From Telmatocola sphagniphila (GTDB lineage: Bacteria > Planctomycetota > Planctomycetia > Gemmatales > Gemmataceae): DNA of 32,000 nucleotides. Both the position numbers and the translations under genes were made by a program. Shown one piece after another: positions 17,022-24,782 of this stretch. How positions within the stretch are numbered: the first letter of the stretch is position 1; every line of letters starts with the position of its first letter. The notes beneath the pieces are model-generated. The model had not been told where the DNA came from. It made no database searches and saw nothing but the letters and a program-made list of their open reading frames with translations. The stretch lies in NCBI RefSeq assembly GCF_018398935.1, contig NZ_CP074694.1, positions 3,120,001 through 3,152,000 on the forward strand. Direction: 5' to 3'.

Positions 17022-17312
17022 TTACGCCGCTTTCTGAACGTGCAGCGAGGTCGTACCGTTCACCAGCTTCGATTCGATCAGATCGATCAAAGTGCCCACC
17101 GTGTTGCAGCCTTCCAACTCCTGGTGGTTCAGCCGAATACGGTAGAATTCCTCGATCCGCATAATGATGCCGACCAGATCGACGGAATCCAGACCGAGAC
17201 CTTCCCGCAAGGAGACGGCTTCGTTCACGGTTTCCAACTTCACGTCGGTATCGTTCTGGAGAATTTCCAGCAGCTTGTTCAGAATTTTTTCGCGTTCGTT
17301 CATGGAATCCAT
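17022..17312 (-). CDS. acyl carrier protein (stand-alone, non-AcpP type)
   Basis: 96 aa. GLGLDSVDLVGIIMRIEEFY is the phosphopantetheine-attachment context (the Ser of LDS) in a four-helix-sized protein. Confidence 0.75.
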   Translation of the reverse strand: MDSMNEREKILNKLLEILQNDTDVKLETVNEAVSLREGLGLDSVDLVGIIMRIEEFYRIRLNHQELEGCNTVGTLIDLIESKLVNGTTSLHVQKAA

Positions 17313-17342
17313 TCCTCTTGAGGTAAACAGCTGGAGTTTAAA

Positions 17343-17984
17343 TCAATCCCTTTTGTATTGGCTGAGTTCGGTAATCATTCGGATGCCAGATTCCACCGTT
17401 TCCTGCCGAACCATGCGATCCGATCCATCGAACCAGAGTTCGGCTTTGACGGCGCCCGTCACTCGCCAGTGGTTGCAAACGACCTGCCGTCCCATTAAAG
17501 TCAAAGTTTCGACGCCAACCTTTTCCCACTTGGCATCCAGAATCTTCCCCGTGTCCGCATCCATCAGCACTCGCTCGCCGGCGGGCATTTTCCAATAGGT
17601 GGTTGTCCAGGCGTCCGCCTTGAGTAGCCCCTGTTTGCCATCGGTGGTCACGATCAGCCCTTCTTTTTCGGCTTCCACCTTCAGCGTCATCTTCTTGCCA
17701 TCGTCGTCGGTCTGGGTTTCCACTTTGAGCAGTTTATCTTTCTTCCAGACCTCATAGCCGCGAAGACTGTAGTTGTATTCCTTGAGAAGGTATTTCACTT
17801 TGACGGCCACTGCGAAGGCTGCGGTTTCAACACCATCTGCGCGTTCTTCAATGACCAGTTTCAGGGTTCCCGCAGGCTTTTTGTCTGCGAAAATATTGTA
17901 AACCCGCTCTTCTTTTCCAGCGGCACGTAGGTAGCCCGGCGCAACCAACACCAACATAAATCCGAGCAATGATGCAAAGCGCAT
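17343..17984 (-). CDS. exported beta-rich protein of unknown function (possibly DUF6134-like)
   Basis: MRFASLLGFMLVLVAPGYLRAAG is a signal peptide starting at the ATG at 17984. The remainder has an alternating K/E/T beta-strand-like pattern. The family guess is from memory only. Confidence 0.6.
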   Translation of the reverse strand: MRFASLLGFMLVLVAPGYLRAAGKEERVYNIFADKKPAGTLKLVIEERADGVETAAFAVAVKVKYLLKEYNYSLRGYEVWKKDKLLKVETQTDDDGKKMTLKVEAEKEGLIVTTDGKQGLLKADAWTTTYWKMPAGERVLMDADTGKILDAKWEKVGVETLTLMGRQVVCNHWRVTGAVKAELWFDGSDRMVRQETVESGIRMITELSQYKRD

Positions 17985-18071
17985 AGGGCACTCCCTGCCA
18001 CATGAATTCCTTCTCATGAAGAGATTACCGGAAAAGTGGGAAAGTTGTAAAGGTCGATTTTACCGTGGGAC

Positions 18072-19001
18072 TTACCGGTAATTGGCGCCGACCTGCCGGA
18101 TGCCGGAAGTTGGGCGTCCTAGCTGGGCCAAATCGACGCTTTTTACGTCGTTCCAGTTAGGCCGGCGAAATAAACGGGCACTTTCCTGAGGAGAAAGTTT
18201 TCCATTCACCGTCACGTTATCCAACGTCAGGGTCATGGAAATCTGTTGAGCCGGATACTCCAGGACGACGACCTTCGGAACGACCAGATTGGTCTGCCGA
18301 TCCAATTGGACTCGTTTGATCGTGGCCTTGGCAATCAATTGATTCCGGCTGTCTCGAAGTTCCTTGCCGACAATCTGAGGCACTGGCGCGGAGGCCGTGT
18401 ACCGGTTGATGATGGTCACTTTGGAGATTGGCTGTCCCTGGCTCTGCGTTTTTTCCGTCAGCTCGTAGTGGTTGCCTCGGACCTCAAGGGTGTAATTTTC
18501 AGGCGGCGACACTTCACCCATACCCAGTACGTCTAACACCCATTCCGGTTGGAACGGGAACGGCAGGCGAACCCCTCGCTCAAAGTCGGTGTAGTTGCAA
18601 TAGAAAATATGGGGTTCGGGAGACTGTTTCACCCAGTACCAGAATTGTTCGTTATTCGATCCCAGATCAACCTGCTGAGCCCCGAAGACTTTGCCCGCCA
18701 GCCGAAAGTTTCGAGCCTTTTCGCAGACCAGATACCCTTCGATACTCGGTGCCCGGCGTCCCTGGGCCGTCACTTCCATGCTGATATCGCGGTAATCCAG
18801 CATCTGAATCTGAGAGGACTGCCGGCTGAGGTACTTAACCAAGACTTCGGCGGTTGGCGTTTCCTGATTATTCCGGCTCGTTAAGCCCCCTTTGGGGGTA
18901 TTATCGACTTTGGCGTTGGGCGTGGAGCATCCGCTGGAGGCACCCAGTAGTAGCATGCCGGCCAGGAGCGCAATTCGACTGATCGAACGATTCGGCCGCA
19001 T
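18072..19001 (-). CDS. lipoprotein of unknown function (possibly LolA/LolB-like fold)
   Basis: MRPNRSISRIALLAGMLLLGASSGC is a lipobox signal peptide starting at the ATG at 19001. The fold guess is based on NFRLAGKVFG..DLGSNNEQFWYW and is weak. Confidence 0.62.
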   Translation of the reverse strand: MRPNRSISRIALLAGMLLLGASSGCSTPNAKVDNTPKGGLTSRNNQETPTAEVLVKYLSRQSSQIQMLDYRDISMEVTAQGRRAPSIEGYLVCEKARNFRLAGKVFGAQQVDLGSNNEQFWYWVKQSPEPHIFYCNYTDFERGVRLPFPFQPEWVLDVLGMGEVSPPENYTLEVRGNHYELTEKTQSQGQPISKVTIINRYTASAPVPQIVGKELRDSRNQLIAKATIKRVQLDRQTNLVVPKVVVLEYPAQQISMTLTLDNVTVNGKLSPQESARLFRRPNWNDVKSVDLAQLGRPTSGIRQVGANYR

Positions 19002-19008
19002 GGCGTGG

Positions 19009-19491
19009 TCATCCTCCCTCGAAAAGTCGAAATAATTCATCTTGCACCGCCTGCATTTCTTCTTCGCTCATCTGCGGATCGACGACTCGAAAGCGTCGTT
19101 TCGTCCGGCGATTGAGCAAATGCATCACTTCCGCGTTAGCAGTCTCTCCCGATTCATCCAGCACCAGCTTTTTCCTTCGCATCAGCAGTAACGCCAGGAC
19201 GAAGAGAAAATTTTGTCGTTGCGGTTCCGCTGTATCGGCGAGTCTCTCAAAGCACTCTAAAAGCATTTCGTCGTCGAGAACGATTTTCTTTGCTTCGGCG
19301 TCCTGGAGCCGGCAAACCCAGTGGGCAATTGTGCCTTCCGGAGCTCCAATCCAGGCGTTCAACGCGTAATCTCGACGGCACAGCCTGGCATTTTCTTCGA
19401 TGAGTGCGCTATGAATACGTTCGCCCACTTCGAGCCGGCGACCGGTGATGGCACAAACCCGAGTCGGTTTATCCACCGTATAGGCATTCAT
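19009..19491 (-). CDS. hypothetical cytoplasmic protein (160 aa)
   Basis: Clean ORF with ordinary composition. Its stop is 7 nt before the next gene start. I recognise no motif. Confidence 0.6.
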   Translation of the reverse strand: MNAYTVDKPTRVCAITGRRLEVGERIHSALIEENARLCRRDYALNAWIGAPEGTIAHWVCRLQDAEAKKIVLDDEMLLECFERLADTAEPQRQNFLFVLALLLMRRKKLVLDESGETANAEVMHLLNRRTKRRFRVVDPQMSEEEMQAVQDELFRLFEGG

Positions 19492-19606
19492 CGACTATCT
19501 CCATCCTACGTCGGAGCAACAAATTTTCACAATAGCAAGCCGGGTCCGACCCGATGCCGGTTCCACAAAAATTAACGAATATGCCAAGAAGGCAGGATAA
19601 GCTGGG

Positions 19607-21064
19607 TTATTTGATTAATTTGCCGAGCTCTTCCCGCAATAATCCCAGCGATTCGTCGCCCCAGCCGACGCTAATTTTGCGAATTACGCCCTCGCCATCC
19701 ACGAGCACAATCGTAGGAGTCGATTCAATCCCCTGGGCTTTTCGGAGATCCGTGGCATTGATGATCGGGAAATTCACAGGGACATTATCCCCCTGCTTTC
19801 GGGCGGCTATCGGATCGCCAATGGCCATACCGACTATCCGCACTCGAGCCCGGAAATCCTGTCGCAGAAATTCCCCGGCTTTCAAAACCGCTTCAGCCGT
19901 GCCCGCATGCGGCTGGTAGTAAACCAGAACAATCGGCTTTCCTTTCGCCTGGCTCAATCGCCAATTTTCCCGCGCGGAACTCATTAAATTTTCCGCTTCG
20001 AAATCGATGATCGGCTTATTGACCGTGAGTGGCCCTGAAGGAGTTTCGACCCATTGAGGCCGGCTGGGCGCCAAGTGCCCTTTTATCGCCGCTTCAGCCT
20101 TCCGCTTCAAACTGTGCAGAGCTTCGCGGTAGAGCAGAGATTCTCCCAGAGGTCGCTGCGATTCCGTGTAATAGTCGATTCGACCGAGAATTCGACTGAA
20201 GCCGCTCGGCCCGTTCTTGCTCAACTCGTCGACAATTTTTTCGTAATCCTCGTCCAGAGTTTTCGCCATAGTGATTTCTTCCCGGCGTTCGTCGTAGGCG
20301 CGTCCGCTATAGCGCAATTGGCCGGTGTGTTCGTAATTCAGTTTGGTCCGGAAAGTCACTTCGGATGTATTAGCGTCCTTCCGCTCGAATATTCGCTCCA
20401 TCTTCATGCTGAAACCATGAGCCGTGGAATACCAGATGTTTTCCTGAATTCGCCAGGTCATTCTGCCGCGCACCGTATCGCCCCAGTCTTCGCTTTGCTG
20501 CTGCGTGGAAATCACATGGCAGCGTGCCCCGCGCAAGGGTTCAATCAGCTCCAGCTTCGAATGTCGGAACGGCCGGCCGAACTCGGGAGTATCCCATTTC
20601 CCGTCCTGCATCCAGTTATCCGGCAGGTTGGGAAGCATGCTCAGTTCTGGGAGGGGCAGATTATCGGGTGGTAAAGCGATAAAAGCTTTTAATTGCCGTT
20701 CTTTTCGCTTCGCGGCGTTATCCGAGAGCGAGGCGGAGGTTTGCTCTAATAAAGTGCCTTGAGGCGTGAGACGAGCCAGCACGAGTTTCGCTGTCGAAAG
20801 TGGTTTCGCCGTCGATTTCGCGTCTTTCTCGGCATGTAGCTTTAGTACAGTCAGAATCGCCACGTCGTACCCGAATTCATGGCTTTCGAGAACGAAGAGC
20901 CGGTTTTCGAAGGAATAGTTCCGGCTGGCAGTCACGCCGGGGCGCAACATCTCTTCGCGGAACGTACCTTTCCAGGTGATCTCCTGTCCGCGCTCCAGCC
21001 GGATGACCGGCGGCGACGGTGAATCCAGACAAAGCAACAAGCTGGCGAAGAGTGTCGCAAACAT
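19607..21064 (-). CDS. exported protein with C-terminal thioredoxin-like (TlpA/redoxin-type) fold lacking CXXC
   Basis: The ATG at 21064 gives MFATLFASLLLCL. The 21241 ORF start would overlap the divergent M20 gene. The C-terminal 120 aa, KGKPIVLVYYQPHAGTAEAV...VRIVGMAIGD...FPIINATD...STPTIVLVDGEGVI, follows the redoxin layout with HAGT where WCxxC normally sits. Confidence 0.65.
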   Translation of the reverse strand: MFATLFASLLLCLDSPSPPVIRLERGQEITWKGTFREEMLRPGVTASRNYSFENRLFVLESHEFGYDVAILTVLKLHAEKDAKSTAKPLSTAKLVLARLTPQGTLLEQTSASLSDNAAKRKERQLKAFIALPPDNLPLPELSMLPNLPDNWMQDGKWDTPEFGRPFRHSKLELIEPLRGARCHVISTQQQSEDWGDTVRGRMTWRIQENIWYSTAHGFSMKMERIFERKDANTSEVTFRTKLNYEHTGQLRYSGRAYDERREEITMAKTLDEDYEKIVDELSKNGPSGFSRILGRIDYYTESQRPLGESLLYREALHSLKRKAEAAIKGHLAPSRPQWVETPSGPLTVNKPIIDFEAENLMSSARENWRLSQAKGKPIVLVYYQPHAGTAEAVLKAGEFLRQDFRARVRIVGMAIGDPIAARKQGDNVPVNFPIINATDLRKAQGIESTPTIVLVDGEGVIRKISVGWGDESLGLLREELGKLIK

Positions 21065-21202
21065 GGTTCCGAGTCTCTCTGTTTCGGGCCCGCGAAAAAT
21101 AACATACCGGGCCAACTCGGCAAGAGCAGTCTGCCGGGACCGATGCGACGTTAGAGGAAATTCAGAGAGGGTTGGCCCAACCGGGGAATTGGGGTAAACT
21201 AG

Positions 21203-21208
21203 TATAAT
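21203..21208 (+). promoter_or_regulatory. consensus -10 hexamer TATAAT upstream of the M20 gene
   Basis: An exact TATAAT lies 32 nt upstream of the ATG at 21240, and GAGGA (21228-21232) lies 7 nt before that ATG. I found no good -35 element. Confidence 0.3.
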
Positions 21209-21239
21209 TACCCGTATTTCAATGACTGAGGAATTATCC

Positions 21240-22637
21240 ATGCAAGCCGCTTATGATTGGCTGCAAAAAAATCACGAAAAGATAATCCGAAATCTCGCTG
21301 ATCTCGTTGCCATACCCAGTATCAGCACCGATGGGGAACACGCTCATGAAATCGAGCGGACCGCCAAGCTGACTTGCGACCAGATGCGGGAAGCCGGGCT
21401 AACCAACGTCGAAGTGCTGCGCGTCGGCTCCTCGCTCCCCTATGCTTACGGCGAATGGCTGGGGGCACCGGGCAAGCCGACGGTATTCCTGTACGCCCAC
21501 CACGATGTTCAACCGGTGAACTACCGCGAACAATGGGAGACCGATCCCTGGCACCTGACGCGAAAGGATGGCCGGCTCTACGCTCGCGGGGCCGCTGACG
21601 ATAAAGGCGCCGTCGCTGCCCAACTCGGAGCCATCGCCGCTTATATGCAGACTAATGGTTCCCTTCCGGTGAACATTAAAATGCTGGTGGAAGGGGAAGA
21701 AGAAGTCGGCTCGAAAAACCTGATGCAGTTCTTCGAACGACACAAGTCGAAACTCCAATCCGACGTCATTATCGTCTGCGATACCGAAAATATCGAAGTC
21801 GGCCTGCCGTGCATCACTTATTCTCTCCGAGGCATTGTCCAGGCACACGTGCAGGTGAAATCGGCCGAGATTCCGGTTCACAGTGGCATGGCTGGCGGCG
21901 CGCTGCCCGATGCGGCAATCGCTCTCAACGTCCTGCTCAGTCGATTGTTCTGGGATAATGCTCCTTACAACATTCCCGGGATGTACGATCAGGTCCGCCA
22001 ATGTACCGAAAAAGAGAAGGCCGCTTTTCGCAAGTTGCCGGGCGACGAGAATAAATGGCGAAAAGACTGCGGAGTCTTACCGCAAGTGCGTTTCGCGATG
22101 GAAAAGGGGATGACCCCTTACGAACAAACCTGGCGCCGACCCGCCGTGACGATCATCGCTCAGGAAGCCAGCAACGTGAAGCGGGCTTCAAATCAGGTTC
22201 TGCCGACCGCCGAGGCCATCGTCAGCTGCCGCATCGTTCCCGATCAGGAACCCGAAAAAGTCTTCAAAAGCCTCGAAGAAGTCCTCACCAAGGACGCGCC
22301 CTGGGGCGTTCAGGTCACCGTGACCAATACAGGAATGGTCGGTTGGTGGATGACCGACCCTAACGGCCCCGCTTTCGAAGCGGCTCTGGGCGCTCTCCGG
22401 AAGGGATTTGGCAAGGATCCGGTGGCCATCGGTTCTGGCGGCAGCATCGGCTTTGTCGGCCCGCTCGCCGAACTGTTCGGTGGTGCACCTGCCCTGCTGC
22501 TGGGAATCGAAGATCCCGCCAGTAATGCCCATGCTCCCAACGAAAGCCTGCATGAAGGCGATTTCAAGAAGCTGATGATTTCCCTAGTGGATCTGTTCGA
22601 CAACCTCGGAAAATTACCCGGTGGAAAAGTGAAGTAA
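21240..22637 (+). CDS. M20 family metallopeptidase / dipeptidase (ArgE/DapE/CPG2 superfamily)
   Basis: LYAHHDVQP, RGAADDKG, LVEGEEEVGS and a C-terminal NAHAPNE are the M20 metal-ligand motifs. The ATG at 21240 is preferred because of the upstream GAGGA; 21222 is the alternative. Confidence 0.85.
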   Translation: MQAAYDWLQKNHEKIIRNLADLVAIPSISTDGEHAHEIERTAKLTCDQMREAGLTNVEVLRVGSSLPYAYGEWLGAPGKPTVFLYAHHDVQPVNYREQWETDPWHLTRKDGRLYARGAADDKGAVAAQLGAIAAYMQTNGSLPVNIKMLVEGEEEVGSKNLMQFFERHKSKLQSDVIIVCDTENIEVGLPCITYSLRGIVQAHVQVKSAEIPVHSGMAGGALPDAAIALNVLLSRLFWDNAPYNIPGMYDQVRQCTEKEKAAFRKLPGDENKWRKDCGVLPQVRFAMEKGMTPYEQTWRRPAVTIIAQEASNVKRASNQVLPTAEAIVSCRIVPDQEPEKVFKSLEEVLTKDAPWGVQVTVTNTGMVGWWMTDPNGPAFEAALGALRKGFGKDPVAIGSGGSIGFVGPLAELFGGAPALLLGIEDPASNAHAPNESLHEGDFKKLMISLVDLFDNLGKLPGGKVK

Positions 22638-22656
22638 CCACCCCTGAATCCGTTCA

Positions 22657-22699
22657 GGCGATTCTGAAAGTCTCAAAATCGCCGGTATTTTCCATTTTC
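22657..22699 (+). terminator. hairpin GGCGATT-N13-AATCGCC followed by a T-rich tract
   Basis: A 7-bp stem (22657-22663 / 22677-22683) is followed by GGTATTTTCCATTTTC, 20 nt after the M20 stop. It overlaps a second small hairpin, CCTGAA-TCCG-TTCAGG (22643-22658). Confidence 0.4.
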
Positions 22700-22811
22700 G
22701 ATCTTTCGCGGCCAGCTTTTGATTCCCGTCCACGCTCAATTCTCTATCAATTCCTTGTGGGATTGAGAATATCGCGCCGTTGCGGATCTCCTGGACTCTT
22801 GTGGAGGCGTT

Positions 22812-24044
22812 GTGCAAATGCCTGGAAAATTCGTCGAAGAAGTTCAGCTGCATGGACACATACTCGATTCCCTTCTGTTGCCCAAAGTGCTGGATACAAT
22901 CCTATCTCACGGCGGCAATTATCACATCAAGGATTTGCGTCTGGGCAATCGGCAGAGCGATCCGAGCCGGGCGCTGCTGGAAGTTCGTGCCGATTCCGCG
23001 GAGAAACTCGAAGAGATCCTGAGTATCATCCACGACCACGGCGCAATACCCACGCATGACACCGATTGTCAGATCAAAGCCGCCGATATTGCCGGCACCT
23101 TTCCCGATGGCTTCTATTGCACCACCAATTATCGCACTCAAGTTCGCCTGCAGGGTGAATGGGTGGAAGTTGAAGACATGGAGATGGACTGCGGCATTCT
23201 GATCGATCCCGAAGGAGCCGCGGCCCGTTGTATACCGATGACGAACGTGCAGGTCGGGGATGGCATAGCCGTCGGATTGCGTGGGATTCGCGTTTTTCCT
23301 CCCGAATCTCAACAGCGTACCGATCTTTTTGAATTCATGTCCAGCCCGGTTTCGAGTGAAAAACCGAAAGGTGTAACCGTTCGGGAAATCGCCGCCGCCA
23401 TGCGCCGGAGCCGACAAAGTGGGGAAAAGATTCTGGCCGTGTTGGGGCCGGCGGTAGTGCATACGGGCGGTAGCCTGTGGGTGAGCTGGCTGATTCAGGC
23501 GGGCTATATCAATGTCCTCTTTGCGGGGAATGCGCTGGCCACACACGATATGGAACAGGCGTTTTATGGAACCAGTCTCGGCGTTTCGCTGGAACGCGGG
23601 ATCCCGGCCGCAGAGGGGCACGAGCACCATCTCCGGACGATTAATACGATTCGTCGAGTAGGCGGGATTCGCAAAGCGGTAGAAACGGGACTACTGAAAA
23701 CTGGCATCATGTTCGAATGCATTAAAGCCAATATCCCGTATGTTCTTGCTGGCAGCATTCGAGACGATGGCCCCTTGCCCGACGTCATCACCGATATGAT
23801 TCAGGCCCAGGCGGAGATGCGCAAGCAGATTCCGGGTGTGGGATTTTGTCTGATGGCGGGTACAACCCTGCATTCCATCGCTACCGGGAACATGCTGCCC
23901 GGTTGGGTGAAAGTGGCCTGCGTCGATATCAATCCCGCCACCGTGACCAAACTCATGGACCGGGGCAGTACGCAAACCATTGGGATCGTGAGTGACGTGG
24001 AGCCGTTCTTCCGCTCTTTGGTGATGGAACTGGGTAAAGAATAA
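22812..24044 (+). CDS. LOR/SDH-domain protein of the TIGR00300 type (archaeal-type ornithine-cyclodeaminase-like)
   Basis: The N-terminus VQLHGHILDSLLLPKVLDTILSHGGNYHIKDLRLG and the later LAGSIRDDGPLPDVITD match my memory of this about 400-aa family. GGAGG is at 22803-22807. The start is either GTG 22812 or ATG 22818. Confidence 0.65.
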   Translation: MQMPGKFVEEVQLHGHILDSLLLPKVLDTILSHGGNYHIKDLRLGNRQSDPSRALLEVRADSAEKLEEILSIIHDHGAIPTHDTDCQIKAADIAGTFPDGFYCTTNYRTQVRLQGEWVEVEDMEMDCGILIDPEGAAARCIPMTNVQVGDGIAVGLRGIRVFPPESQQRTDLFEFMSSPVSSEKPKGVTVREIAAAMRRSRQSGEKILAVLGPAVVHTGGSLWVSWLIQAGYINVLFAGNALATHDMEQAFYGTSLGVSLERGIPAAEGHEHHLRTINTIRRVGGIRKAVETGLLKTGIMFECIKANIPYVLAGSIRDDGPLPDVITDMIQAQAEMRKQIPGVGFCLMAGTTLHSIATGNMLPGWVKVACVDINPATVTKLMDRGSTQTIGIVSDVEPFFRSLVMELGKE

Positions 24045-24065
24045 TCGAGCGTACCGAAATATCGA

Positions 24066-24767
24066 ATGAAAATCATCACGCGACCGATTTCCGAATGGAC
24101 GCCTTTCATCGAGCTTCCCGACAACGAAGTTCATGTCTGGGTAGCTCCACTCGCCGAGAATGGCAGCAATGGTTCTCATCAACGATTTCTTTGTGAGGAA
24201 GAGCTGAAGCGAGCGGAGAAATTTCGTTCCGAGAAAACCCGCAGCCAATTTATTTCCTCACGAGGCACTTTGCGCTGGTTGCTTTCGGGTTATCTCGGTC
24301 ACGAGCCAGAACAGGTCGCCATCACTTACGAAGCGGCCGGTAAACCGATCCTGGCCGGTCAACCTTTCTATTTCAACGTCACCCATTCCGAAGAAGTGGC
24401 GGCCTATGCGGTTTCCAAAGCGGGTCGTGTCGGGCTGGACATCGAACGCTTGCGAACGATGGAGAACATTGAATCGATTATCGAGCGATTCTTCACCCAA
24501 AATGAGTTCCAAGCCTTTCAACAGGTTCCGCTCGAACTGAAGGAAATCATTTTTTTCCGAATGTGGACGCGTAAAGAGGCTCTGCTGAAAGCCATCGGCC
24601 AGGGGATTCATGCCCTGGAGCTATGCGAAATATCGGTATCGCCGCACGAGGAGCCTCGCGTGCTGAAAATGATGAATGAAGAGAACTGTTCGGATCGTTG
24701 GCTGCTGAAGGATTTGGATTTAGCTCAGGGTTATCAGGGGGCATTGGCCCTGGAATTAAAACCCTGA
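24066..24767 (+). CDS. 4'-phosphopantetheinyl transferase, Sfp type
   Basis: GKPIL...FNVTHSEEVAAYAVS..VGLDIE...FFRMWTRKEALLKAIGQG are the PPTase motifs (GxD.E and W/F-x-x-KEA-x-x-K). Confidence 0.85.
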   Translation: MKIITRPISEWTPFIELPDNEVHVWVAPLAENGSNGSHQRFLCEEELKRAEKFRSEKTRSQFISSRGTLRWLLSGYLGHEPEQVAITYEAAGKPILAGQPFYFNVTHSEEVAAYAVSKAGRVGLDIERLRTMENIESIIERFFTQNEFQAFQQVPLELKEIIFFRMWTRKEALLKAIGQGIHALELCEISVSPHEEPRVLKMMNEENCSDRWLLKDLDLAQGYQGALALELKP

Positions 24768-24782
24768 GCGAACTCCATCGGT

